Virus record (IMG/VR): IMGVR_UViG_3300037504_000618
Location: 8,038-72,037 of that record
Direction: 5' to 3' (one strand)
Length of the DNA: 64,000 nucleotides
Source of the DNA: a virus
The position numbers and the translations under genes were made by a program. Below, piece by piece: positions 17,504 to 26,888 of the stretch (the first letter of the stretch is position 1; the number at the start of each line of letters is the position of its first letter). A model generated the notes under the pieces. That model did no database searches, was not told the DNA's origin, and saw only the letters and a program-made list of their open reading frames with translations.

Positions 17504-17676
17504 TTTTAGCCACACGGAAAGGGCTTTTTAGTAGCCGTGTGGTCCCCACGAAGTAAATGCCCGCCTGGGCAGGCAGCACGGTTCCGGTGATCTTCTCTTA
17601 AAAAAAACGCTATGGGGCTTTATCGGAAGTCAATAAGCGTTTTATCGGAAGCATACAAGAAGAGGAGGTTACACGG

Positions 17677-18678
17677 ATGGGAAAATTGATGTTGTTTGAT
17701 GCGTATAAGTCCTTTATGCACTATAAGGAGGCGGCGGGTCTGAGTAAGTATACGATCCGCAACTACGGGAACACGTTGAAGAAGCTGGCGCTGTTCTTCG
17801 ACGAGGAGCCTTCGCTTGAGGACGTCGCGTTCGATGACTGGGTGGAGTTTTTCCACTGGCTTCAGGAGGATTACACGCCCGCGATGAACGGGGTAGCCCC
17901 TCGAAAGGTGAAGACACTCTCGCCCAAGACGGTGCGGAATATCCACACGAATCTGAGCGCTTTCTATACCTGGGCGCTAGAGTTCGAGCTGGTAGAGGAG
18001 CACTTGATCCGCAAGATCGAACAGCCGCGCTATGAGCCCCCCGTGATTGAGCCCTTTACAGAGGAGGATATCGCCGCGATGCTCAAGGCGTGTAATCATA
18101 CCAGTGCGTATGATACGCGGCCCAATGTGCGCAACTCACGTCCGACGGCGGAGCGGGATCGTCTGATTATCGCGCTGCTGTGGTCCACGGGCCTGCGGGC
18201 TTCGGAGCTCTGCGATGTCCGTTTTGGCGATCTCAATATGAGTCGCCGTGCCATCCGCGTGCGCGGGAAGGGCGGGGGCCGGGGGAACAAGGAGCGCATT
18301 GTCCACTTCGGCAAGAAGACTGAGAAGCTCCTGTGGAAATGGCTGACTCCGCGCATCTCGGAGCTGGAGGAGGATGATCACATTATCACGGTCAGCGAGG
18401 GGACGGTGAATGAAGGCCCTATGCACCGTAACGTCCTCACAAAGTTGATCCGCCGGATCGGGGAGCGTGCGGGGATCAAGGATGCGTATCCGCACCGCTT
18501 CCGGCATACATTCGCGATCTGGTACATCCGCAACGGCGGCGATCTGTTCACGTTGCAGGGGTTGCTAGGGCATAGCGACCTGGCCATGGTGCGACGTTAC
18601 GCGCGGCTCGCGGCGGCGGATTACGCAGCAGCCCACGAGCGTGCAGACCCTTTGGATAATTCCAAGATCAGATTATAG
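17677..18678 (+). CDS. int: Tyrosine integrase
   Basis: GLRASE, GKG..K, HRFRH, LGH, RRY; adjacent to the attP-like site. Confidence 0.92.
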   Translation: MGKLMLFDAYKSFMHYKEAAGLSKYTIRNYGNTLKKLALFFDEEPSLEDVAFDDWVEFFHWLQEDYTPAMNGVAPRKVKTLSPKTVRNIHTNLSAFYTWALEFELVEEHLIRKIEQPRYEPPVIEPFTEEDIAAMLKACNHTSAYDTRPNVRNSRPTAERDRLIIALLWSTGLRASELCDVRFGDLNMSRRAIRVRGKGGGRGNKERIVHFGKKTEKLLWKWLTPRISELEEDDHIITVSEGTVNEGPMHRNVLTKLIRRIGERAGIKDAYPHRFRHTFAIWYIRNGGDLFTLQGLLGHSDLAMVRRYARLAAADYAAAHERADPLDNSKIRL

Positions 18679-18693
18679 CATCTGAGGAATGAT

Positions 18694-18719
18694 AGAGCCC
18701 GGCTTAGACCGGGCTTTTT
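18694..18719 (+). terminator. Intrinsic terminator
   Basis: AGCCCGG-cttaga-CCGGGCTTTTT. Confidence 0.8.
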
Positions 18720-18726
18720 CTATGTT

Positions 18727-18827
18727 AAAAACAGCCGTTAATTAGGGTTAACGGTCGTTTTCCCTCTGATTACGCGCGTTTTCACCGCGTTGGGGCGGGG
18801 GTAACGCGCTCAAAAAACGTCCGTTAA
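18727..18827 (+). repeat. Tripartite dif-like element copy 3
   Basis: AAAACAGCCGTTAA-ttaggg-TTAACGGTCGTTTT, TGATTACGCGCGTTTT, AAAACGTCCGTTAA. Confidence 0.9.
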
Positions 18828-18948
18828 TTCGGTGTGATTGGTGCTTTACTTTTGCAGGGATTGGTGGTATGATGGGGGTATCAAAATAAAAGCGCCCCGG
18901 CGCTGCATACACAGCCCGGGGCTTTGGCTCACCAGAAAGGAGTTTTCG

Positions 18949-19188
18949 ATGAGCAACCACATTATACCACAGAATTTATCCAGTGGTAGCCCTGATTTGC
19001 AGGCGCTACTGCTACGGTTGACGTTGGCCGAGATCAACGCCTATCCTCTCACGGCACAGGGCGATTGGTTGCTAACTTTGTCTGATATTGAGGGGCTTTC
19101 CCTTGAGGATGGATGGGCATTGGTCTACGCGGCGCGGCTGCTGGCGGACAATCCTGATCCTGATTTCTGGCAGCGCAAGTTAGTATAA
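18949..19188 (+). CDS. Small hypothetical protein
   Basis: AGAAAGGAG RBS; TTTACT-17-TATGAT upstream. Confidence 0.6.
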   Translation: MSNHIIPQNLSSGSPDLQALLLRLTLAEINAYPLTAQGDWLLTLSDIEGLSLEDGWALVYAARLLADNPDPDFWQRKLV

Positions 19189-19190
19189 AG

Positions 19191-19290
19191 TTGTACCGTG
19201 GTACAATCTTTTTCAAATAGTCAAACTCGCCCTTGACAAATAGCGATACCGCTATATAATGATAGCGTAGGGTAGCGATAACGCTATAAT
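19191..19290 (+). promoter_or_regulatory. Promoter with TTGTAC-N4-GTACAA box and two TAGCG-N4-CGCTA operators
   Basis: TTGACA 19233, TATAAT 19255; same architecture as 1221-1320. Confidence 0.8.
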
Positions 19291-19313
19291 ATTACTAAAA
19301 GGGGAGGATATAG

Positions 19314-20306
19314 ATGCAAGCAAGGCAAGTGCTGAAGAATAAGCATTTTAATCGTCTGGCAGCCATAATCCGCGTTCCGTTTCATTCGTCTGAATGGCGG
19401 CAGGAGCACTACAGAGTTGATTTCTGGAGTATGATAGAATCACTTGATGGGGCTATTGAAATTGATAGCCCCGAATATATCCTGGAGACGCTCACCAGCC
19501 TGCTGGTGGCGATTACCAAGGCCGACAGCAACCTAAGTTATTCCCCGGAGGACTTCGATTGGATTGTTGAGGTCCTCGAGGATGGGGATCGCGAAATGGT
19601 GTTCAGGCTGTTCCAGGCCTGGTATGCCGCAGAGGATAAAGTGGTCACCAGCGAGGAGGCCGCCGAGATCACCGGCGAGGCCGCATCGACATGGCGCAAT
19701 CGCGCCAACCGGGGTGAGGTCCCCGGCGCGCGGAAGATGGGCAAGACGTGGCTCTTGCCCGTCAGCGCATTACGGATGATGGGGGTAGCCCCCATCGCTC
19801 GTGGTACGCGGGGGAAGGATCCAGATGTGGCGCTAGTGTTCGATGAATCCAAGTTTGAGATCGTCAAGGATATGCGCTCTCAAGATCTCGACTGGCTGGC
19901 ATCCTCGTTACTGGCCCGTCGCAATGAAATCATGGCAGCGCGGTTGGAGAAGCGCGGCCTTCAGACGCGGACCAAGGCGGAGCTCGGCGAGCATACGATT
20001 TATTTCCGCTATATCCTGGTCTATGATCCTACTGGGGAATCGCCAGCAGAGTGGGCGACCCTGGAGGAAGCCCGGATATTGTTAGACACGGTTCGCGAGC
20101 TGGAGCCAGCCGAAGCGTTTGCCCGTTGGCAGCCGAAGGTGACCCCGCTTGAGCGTGAGCCATATACGCGCGATGAGGCACTGCGCGATATGCAGGCCGA
20201 ACGCGCGGAGGCCAAGCGCTTGTATGAGGCGGGGGAGCTAGACGCAGAGATGTATCAGTTGTTTCATTCAGGTGCGCGCGATTATCTCGATCTGGTAGAG
20301 GATTAA
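19314..20306 (+). CDS. HTH_17 (excisionase-like) domain protein
   Basis: VTSEEAAEITGEAASTWRNRANRGEVPGARKMGKTWLLP. Confidence 0.75.
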   Translation: MQARQVLKNKHFNRLAAIIRVPFHSSEWRQEHYRVDFWSMIESLDGAIEIDSPEYILETLTSLLVAITKADSNLSYSPEDFDWIVEVLEDGDREMVFRLFQAWYAAEDKVVTSEEAAEITGEAASTWRNRANRGEVPGARKMGKTWLLPVSALRMMGVAPIARGTRGKDPDVALVFDESKFEIVKDMRSQDLDWLASSLLARRNEIMAARLEKRGLQTRTKAELGEHTIYFRYILVYDPTGESPAEWATLEEARILLDTVRELEPAEAFARWQPKVTPLEREPYTRDEALRDMQAERAEAKRLYEAGELDAEMYQLFHSGARDYLDLVED

Positions 20307-20307
20307 G

Positions 20308-20508
20308 ATGCCGCTATATGTTGATGAGTATGTAACTGTGGATCCAGGAGTGCCGCTCGCCGAGTGGCGCACATGGGAAGAAGCGGGGATCACGGAGCAT
20401 TCGCAGTCCGTAGTCAAAGTAGCTCCGTCAGAATGGCATGATAGGCTGCGTGAGTATGCGCGGCAGCCCGTGGGTTTCTGGGGCGAAAGCCAGTTATTCA
20501 CGGAATAG
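20308..20508 (+). CDS. Small hypothetical protein
   Basis: Coupled ORF with GAGGA RBS. Confidence 0.55.
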   Translation: MPLYVDEYVTVDPGVPLAEWRTWEEAGITEHSQSVVKVAPSEWHDRLREYARQPVGFWGESQLFTE

Positions 20509-20594
20509 CTATCGAGGCGGGGGCTACGGTCCCCGCCTCTACCAGGGCAACGGACGGGGCTCCGAGGTCCTGGTAGAGGTAAAGGAGGAAGAGG

Positions 20595-21428
20595 ATGGGA
20601 TTGGAGAAAAATTTAAAGAAAGCGGGTTATATCGCCCGCCCACAGGAACTTTTAGCCCTGCGGGCAATGACCGCCCGCAGGAACGGGGCGAACGTCCTGA
20701 TCCTGGAAGGCGCGCCCGGCACGGGCAAGACCTTCCTGGGTGAAGCGTTCGCCCAGGCGATGGACGCAGAGGCCATTTACTATCTCTGCCACCATTGGAC
20801 ATCAGAGGAGGAGATGTTCATTGGCGTGGACGTCGGGGCCGTGGCCGCGGGCGTCGAGAAGGCGGCTGATGCGTACCGACCTGGATTCCTCCTGCGCGCA
20901 GTGCAAGCTTCGCAGCAGGGGCCGGTCGTCGTCGTGATCGACGAGATCGACAAAGCCCCGGAGCGCGCCGAGGCCCTGCTGTTGGACTTCCTGCAATCGG
21001 GCCGGGTGCATGGCCCGAACGGGGAAGTCTGGCAGGGGGACCTGGCCAATATGTTCGTGTTCATTACCACGAACGGCCTGCGTCCCTTGATGGAGCCCAC
21101 GCTGCGGCGCGGGTTCCGGCTGACGATGGAGTTTCTACCTGCCCACGTCGAGGCGGATGTGCTGCGCAAGGCCACGGGCGCGCCCACAGGGGCAATCCGG
21201 GCCGTGGTGCGGATGGCGAATGTGATCCGCACGCAGGGCACGACCTCCGTCTCGCTCCAGGAGATGCGCCATCTCCTGGAGGACATGACAGTGGCCACGT
21301 CGGCGCGTGACGTGGAGATCTTGCTGAGCGGCTGGCTGGTGAAGGAGCCCGCCGATCGCGAGGCTTTAGACGCGGAGTTTGGCGGCAAGGCGGCCGCCGT
21401 GCTCTGGGGGGAGTGGAAACGTGGGTAA
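20595..21428 (+). CDS. MoxR/AAA_5-like ATPase
   Basis: Walker A GAPGTGKT, Walker B VVIDEIDKA, TTN, RR finger. Confidence 0.88.
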   Translation: MGLEKNLKKAGYIARPQELLALRAMTARRNGANVLILEGAPGTGKTFLGEAFAQAMDAEAIYYLCHHWTSEEEMFIGVDVGAVAAGVEKAADAYRPGFLLRAVQASQQGPVVVVIDEIDKAPERAEALLLDFLQSGRVHGPNGEVWQGDLANMFVFITTNGLRPLMEPTLRRGFRLTMEFLPAHVEADVLRKATGAPTGAIRAVVRMANVIRTQGTTSVSLQEMRHLLEDMTVATSARDVEILLSGWLVKEPADREALDAEFGGKAAAVLWGEWKRG

Positions 21429-23190
21429 TAAGTTGGAGCTCCCGCTGAGCGTGCGGGATGCGCAGAAGCTTTTCCCGCGCCTCACAGCCAGGTCCTGGTT
21501 TGTGGAAGAGCGCAACCAAATTGAGCGCATTGCGTTTGCCGTCGGCGTGAAGCCGTTTCATCGCGGTTACGCGGATGCGGTCAGGGCTGAGCTTGCGCGT
21601 CTCGCGCAGCAGCGGGGGCCGAAGGCAGTGCTTTTGCCTTCGCCAGAGTCCGAGTCTCAGGGGGAGGCGCAGCCTTCCCCCACATCCGACCGTGAGCATC
21701 AGATCGGGACGGATGAGGTAGCCGAGCAATCTGAGAATCCCAGCGAGGATTCACAGATGCACGGCGGGGACTCGGCCTCTGGCGAGGTCGAAAGTGGGAC
21801 CTCAGAAGGGGGTGATAACGAATCAGGAGCCCCCTCCGCCGACAGCGTTCAGACCTTCACGGGATCTGGAACCGGTGGCGGTGAGATGGGGCAAGGCGCG
21901 GGGCAGGGCTCCGCACAAGCAGGGACGCGCTTCTCTGCACAATCCGGCAAGGCTGACGCGGGCGAGGAGCCCGGTGAGTCGGCTGGCGAGACGGGGGCTG
22001 AAGACTCAGCAAGGGCTGAGAGCACTGCAGCTTTCACGTCGCCAGAGGCACACACCAAGCCTACTGGAGGGTCAAACGGCCTACGGGCCGATGCGCAGGC
22101 AAGGCAACGTAGCCAGGAGGACGAGTCGGCTCCGTCCTCCCAATCTGCAAAGAACGCCGGTGGGCAGAATGCCCTTAATCGTGCCTCCTCGGAGGAGACC
22201 GGCGCAGAAGAAAAGGGCGACGCCATGCCTAAGGCTGACGAGCATGCAGCGCGTGACACCGACGCGCTCCGCGCTGCGCTCACCGGACGGGCCAACGCCG
22301 CTGATGCGGTGGATGCAAGCCCAGGCGCTCAGGGCAAGGAGTCCGGCGACCCCGACGAGGCCAAGGGGTCGGAAAAGATCAGCTATCGCTATCGCAGTGT
22401 CAAGCGCGGTAGCGGTAAGCAAGCCTCCGTTTCCGCCAAGCGAGAATTTGGCGGCGTGACCGCCGAGCTGAGTCGCGCGGGCCTGGACCCGCACATCGCG
22501 AAAGAAGCGCGTCGAGCGCTGGCGCGACTCATCGAGGGCGGGGAATCCCAAGCCGGGCCGCGCTGGGACTGGGTGGAGTTTAGCAAGCGGTTGAAGACCG
22601 CACGCTCCGTCTATCCCGCGCGCAAGGAAGAGGAAGGTCGCCCGGCGATCTTGGTGCTAGCCGATGTATCAGGTTCCTGTCAAGGATTTTCGGATGAGAG
22701 CTTGATCGTAGCGCAGGCGGCAGCCTCGTTAGGCGTGCGCGGTGCGGATGTAATCGTCGTGGCGCATTCCAACGGCTACCCGCAGCAAGTCAAGATCAAT
22801 CGCGATGCCGTCGAGGAAGTCGGGCGGATGGCGGAAGGCGCGGATATCGCTTGGTATGAGGATCTCATCAAGCGCTTCGATATCCAGGCCGTGGTGGCCC
22901 TCGGCGATTGGGATGCCGAGTGGCTATATCACAAGCTGGCCGATCTCCCGCGCGTGCGACGCTTCGTGTGGCTCGATAACTGGAGCAATTCAGTGATGGA
23001 GCCGACGGTACGCGCTGATCTATTCAGCAAAGCGGCGCGAAGCACGTGGGATGATTGCTCATGGCATAGCCCATGGCACTTCGAGTCGGCTTGGTCCCCG
23101 CAGGCACAGCGCAAGGCGACGTATGTCGTGGGCTGTAGCCACGCGGAGGATTTTGTGAAGGGCCTGGAACTGGCCCTGAGGAGGAAATAA
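21421..23190 (+). CDS. vWA-domain protein with long disordered acidic linker
   Basis: LADVSGS MIDAS motif; follows the AAA ATPase; GTG start overlaps the upstream stop. Confidence 0.75.
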   Translation: MGNKLELPLSVRDAQKLFPRLTARSWFVEERNQIERIAFAVGVKPFHRGYADAVRAELARLAQQRGPKAVLLPSPESESQGEAQPSPTSDREHQIGTDEVAEQSENPSEDSQMHGGDSASGEVESGTSEGGDNESGAPSADSVQTFTGSGTGGGEMGQGAGQGSAQAGTRFSAQSGKADAGEEPGESAGETGAEDSARAESTAAFTSPEAHTKPTGGSNGLRADAQARQRSQEDESAPSSQSAKNAGGQNALNRASSEETGAEEKGDAMPKADEHAARDTDALRAALTGRANAADAVDASPGAQGKESGDPDEAKGSEKISYRYRSVKRGSGKQASVSAKREFGGVTAELSRAGLDPHIAKEARRALARLIEGGESQAGPRWDWVEFSKRLKTARSVYPARKEEEGRPAILVLADVSGSCQGFSDESLIVAQAAASLGVRGADVIVVAHSNGYPQQVKINRDAVEEVGRMAEGADIAWYEDLIKRFDIQAVVALGDWDAEWLYHKLADLPRVRRFVWLDNWSNSVMEPTVRADLFSKAARSTWDDCSWHSPWHFESAWSPQAQRKATYVVGCSHAEDFVKGLELALRRK

Positions 23191-23609
23191 TGAATGAAGT
23201 AATAGTAATGCCCGCGAGGGCATGGCAGTTTCCGGTGAAAGTTGAGATGCCGCAGTTCTCGGCGGCATTGGCGAGGCTAGAGGCGCAAGGTCTCGGCCGC
23301 GCCAACTTCAAAGTGTTGGTGCGTGAGGCAGCGAAGCGGCATCCGCTGTATCACACGCCAGTGCAGCTTGATCCGCAGGTGGCCGGACGTTCGGATCAAG
23401 GCGAAGAGATCCCGGTCAATACGTTGGGGCGCTGGTTATTTGGCGTCCCCGGCTACCAAGGCAACGCTCGGTTCGTGGGGTGGGATGAGGTACCTCACGT
23501 CGAGTTACCTGAGGATTGCCCGGTGCACGTAGTTGCGTTGCTCCAGGGATTAAGCCTTGGAGCTATATACGATGCATTATCGAGATTGCTTGAGGCGGTG
23601 CGGTCATGA
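23190..23609 (+). CDS. Hypothetical protein
   Basis: Coupled ORF. Confidence 0.65.
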   Translation: MNEVIVMPARAWQFPVKVEMPQFSAALARLEAQGLGRANFKVLVREAAKRHPLYHTPVQLDPQVAGRSDQGEEIPVNTLGRWLFGVPGYQGNARFVGWDEVPHVELPEDCPVHVVALLQGLSLGAIYDALSRLLEAVRS

Positions 23610-23893
23610 ACCGCAAGCAAGTGCTTCTCTGCGTCAATGGCGCAGAGACAGCGCGAGATGATGGTGATCCGGCTGTGGATATAATCGCGGCCCCGCCGAC
23701 TGGCTGGCGAATTGAGTTCGTCAGCAAAGACGAGTTCGGCCGTCTCCATTTGCGCTTTGTCAAGCCTGAAGGAAACGGGCGTATGTGGCTACGGGATGAG
23801 GCGCGGATGCGACAGGCGGAAGCTGAGCTGGCGGCGTGGCTGGCTGATTTATGGCGGCTGGTTATGCCGGTGGAGGAGGATGACGACAAATGA
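23606..23893 (+). CDS. Hypothetical protein
   Basis: Coupled ORF. Confidence 0.65.
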   Translation: MNRKQVLLCVNGAETARDDGDPAVDIIAAPPTGWRIEFVSKDEFGRLHLRFVKPEGNGRMWLRDEARMRQAEAELAAWLADLWRLVMPVEEDDDK

Positions 23894-26514
23894 CCCTCAC
23901 CATCCGCACCCACCAGACCCCATCACACCAGGTCGCTACTATCGCCCTGGAGGATGGCGTGATCCAGACACGCCTCCCCCAGCGGGATGACGATTTCGTG
24001 GACCTCGTTCGCGAGCTCCACTACCGTTGTGATGGGGCCTGGTGGGCGCGCCGCCCCTCGGAGCGCTCCGGCCCCTTGCTGCACCGTGCAGCGGAGTTGG
24101 GCCGGGCGCTCTTAGAGGCCGGTTATATCGTGACGTTCCCCGCTGAGGATGTGCAGGCCCTTGCTGTCAGTGGGGACTATGAGCCGGAATGCCGCCGGTG
24201 GATCTTGCGGGATGAGGATAAGTTCCGCGTCTGGTGGGGCTACGAGCTGGACTATTACAACGAGGCGCGCGAGATCACGGGTAGCTTCTACGATAGCACG
24301 CGCAGCGCCGTGCTGGTCCCCCGCGAGAATTTCGCCGAGGTACTGGATTTCGCGGAGGCGTATGGTTTCAGCCTCACGGAAGCGGCACAGCGTCTCGTTG
24401 CTGAAGTGCAGGCGTGGTTCGAGGCGTTGCCCGTCGTATCCCTAGGGGAGGCGGAGCTGGTCGCCAGGCCAGAGACGCCCACGTCAGCCTTGACCGCCGT
24501 GATAGAGATCGACGATCACGCGGTGCGCGTGCGTTTATCGCGCAAGGACGAGCGCTTCGTCGAGATCGTCAAATGCCTGCATTATGTCTGGAACGGCGCG
24601 TGGTGGGCCAGGGTGCTCAAGCCGCGTATGGGGCGCGTGTCCCATCGGGCGGCCGAGTTGGGCCAGGCGTTGCTGGCGGCGGGCTACATGGTGGAATTCC
24701 CCAACGAGGCCATACGCGCGCTGGCGATCAGCGGCGCGTATGAGCCCGAATGTCGCAAGTGGATCTTGTGGCATGAGCGGGGCTTCCGCGTTTGGTGGGG
24801 GCCGGAGCTCGACTTCTTCCACGAGGCCAAGCGCATCGCGGCCAGCACGTATGATGCTTCATCGTATTCCGTGATCGTGCCCCGTGAGTATTTCAATGAG
24901 GTGCTCGGCTTCGCGGAGACCTACGATTTCCGCATCGCGGCCAAGGCGCAGCAGCAGATCGACCAGGCGCGCGCTTGGTACGACGGCGCGCAGGTCGTGG
25001 ACGTGGCTTATGACCCCGCGAATCAACAGACGGCTTACGTCCGGCCCAAGCTCAAGACCCCGGCGCACGTGGATGTGCCGGTGCGCCTGCTCGATTATGC
25101 CGGGCTGGATTTCGGCGTGACAACGCGCCTCTATAGCCATCAACAGCGCGCCGTGGACAAACTGCGCGATCTGCGCGTGGGTGCGCTGTTTATGGCTATG
25201 GGGACGGGTAAAACGCGCACGGCGATTGAGTTAGTGCATCGCCGTCGCCAGCGCATCAGGAACGTGGTGTGGTTCTGTCCGGTCTCGCTCAAGGAGACGA
25301 TTGCCTACGAGATCGACAAGCACACCGACACGCCCCCGAACCAGATCTATATCTTCGATGACACGACTACCATGCGCACGCTGCCGCGCGCGTTCTGGTA
25401 CATCGTGGGCCTGGAATCCATCAGCGGCAGTGACCGCGTGACGCTCACGGCCCATAATTTGATTGACGCGGATTCATTTGTGATCGTGGATGAGTCCTCG
25501 TATATCAAAGGGCACAACTCGCTGCGCACGCAGCGGGTGACGCGCATGGGGCACAAGGCGCGCTACCGCTTGATCCTCACGGGCACGCCTGTGAGTCAGG
25601 GCGTGGTGGATCTTTTCGCTCAGATGCGCTTTCTCGATCCGGCGATCCTGGGCTACAATTCTTTCTACTCGTTCGAGGCCAACCACCTTGAATACTCGGA
25701 GAAGTATCCGGGCTTGGTCGTGCGCTCGCACAACGAAGCGTGGCTCGCGGCCAAGATGCAGCCGTATGTCTATCAGGTCACGAAGGAGGAATGCCTGGAT
25801 CTGCCGGATAAGTTGTTCGATACGCGCTATTATCGGATGACGTCCGAGCAGCGCGACCTCTATGAGCAGGCAAAATACGATATCCTGTTTAGCCTGCCGG
25901 ATGAGGACATCGACAGCTACGTGATCTTCCAACTGTTCACAGCGTTGCAGCAGATCGTCTCCGGCTTTTGGCAACAGGGCGAGACGCTGTGGGAGGTACC
26001 GCATTATCGCCTGGAACATCTGGTCCAGGCGCTTGAGGATCTCCCCGACGGCAAGAAGGTCGTGATCTGGTGCAAATATCGTTATAGCGTGCGCGCGATT
26101 GCCGACCGCCTGCGGGAGGATTACGGTGAGGACGCGGTGGCGTTATTCTATGGCGATCTGAATGAGCACGCGCGTAATCAAGAGCTGGCGCGCTGGCGGG
26201 CTGAGGCGCGCTTCCTGGTGGCGACAATGGCCACGGGAGGCTACGGCCTCGATCTGACGGCGGCGCATTATAGCATCTTTTATGAGAATGATTTTAAGTA
26301 TAGCCTCAGGCTTCAGTCCGAGGATCGTATCCACCGCATCGGGCAGGATAAGCACCCGACGTATATTGACCTGGTCTGCCGGCAGAGCATCGACGAGCGG
26401 ATCCAGGACGCGCTAGCCACGAAAGGCAACGCGGCGGATGCGTTCCGTCGCGAGGTGGAGCGGGTGAAGGACGCGGGGCGTGAGGCGTTGGAGAGGATGG
26501 TGAAGGCGTTATGA
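23890..26514 (+). CDS. SNF2-family helicase with tandemly duplicated N-terminal domain
   Basis: MGTGKT, DESS, LTGTP, GGYGLDL, QSEDRIHRIGQ; two homologous ~185-aa N-terminal units. Confidence 0.9.
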   Translation: MTLTIRTHQTPSHQVATIALEDGVIQTRLPQRDDDFVDLVRELHYRCDGAWWARRPSERSGPLLHRAAELGRALLEAGYIVTFPAEDVQALAVSGDYEPECRRWILRDEDKFRVWWGYELDYYNEAREITGSFYDSTRSAVLVPRENFAEVLDFAEAYGFSLTEAAQRLVAEVQAWFEALPVVSLGEAELVARPETPTSALTAVIEIDDHAVRVRLSRKDERFVEIVKCLHYVWNGAWWARVLKPRMGRVSHRAAELGQALLAAGYMVEFPNEAIRALAISGAYEPECRKWILWHERGFRVWWGPELDFFHEAKRIAASTYDASSYSVIVPREYFNEVLGFAETYDFRIAAKAQQQIDQARAWYDGAQVVDVAYDPANQQTAYVRPKLKTPAHVDVPVRLLDYAGLDFGVTTRLYSHQQRAVDKLRDLRVGALFMAMGTGKTRTAIELVHRRRQRIRNVVWFCPVSLKETIAYEIDKHTDTPPNQIYIFDDTTTMRTLPRAFWYIVGLESISGSDRVTLTAHNLIDADSFVIVDESSYIKGHNSLRTQRVTRMGHKARYRLILTGTPVSQGVVDLFAQMRFLDPAILGYNSFYSFEANHLEYSEKYPGLVVRSHNEAWLAAKMQPYVYQVTKEECLDLPDKLFDTRYYRMTSEQRDLYEQAKYDILFSLPDEDIDSYVIFQLFTALQQIVSGFWQQGETLWEVPHYRLEHLVQALEDLPDGKKVVIWCKYRYSVRAIADRLREDYGEDAVALFYGDLNEHARNQELARWRAEARFLVATMATGGYGLDLTAAHYSIFYENDFKYSLRLQSEDRIHRIGQDKHPTYIDLVCRQSIDERIQDALATKGNAADAFRREVERVKDAGREALERMVKAL

Positions 26515-26888
26515 AGGCGCTGTCAATACGCCCTCCTTGGGGCAATATGATCTTTGATTCGTCTAATCCCAAGGACGTGGAGAATCGTAGCTGGTCCACG
26601 AAGTATCGAGGGCGCTTCTGGGTCCATGTAGGGAAGACTTTTGATAGCGCGGGGTATCACTGGATCACGACAATGGGGATAGCGTTGCCTACGCCGTCCG
26701 CATTTATTCGCGGGGGAATTATCGGCTCGGTGTGCTTGGTGGATGTGGTCACGGAGAGTGATAGCCCATGGTTCATAGGGCCTTATGGTTTCGTGTTGGA
26801 GGATCCGCGCCCGTGCGAGTTTGTGCCGTTGCGGGGGCGGTTGGGGTTTTTTGAGTTTGAGGGGGAAGAATGCCCAAGCGATATTTGA
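26511..26888 (+). CDS. ASCH domain protein
   Basis: MKALSIRPPW...KDVENRSW.T.YRG...H. Confidence 0.88.
   Translation: MKALSIRPPWGNMIFDSSNPKDVENRSWSTKYRGRFWVHVGKTFDSAGYHWITTMGIALPTPSAFIRGGIIGSVCLVDVVTESDSPWFIGPYGFVLEDPRPCEFVPLRGRLGFFEFEGEECPSDI

Noticed and set aside
17430-17505. Complete tRNA gene
   Set aside because: No D arm or 5' acceptor strand and the outer anticodon stem is unpaired; treated as attP.
1511-19667. Identical peptide VTSEEAAE in the 1334 and 19314 proteins
   Set aside because: Different domain contexts and synonymous differences; likely coincidence.
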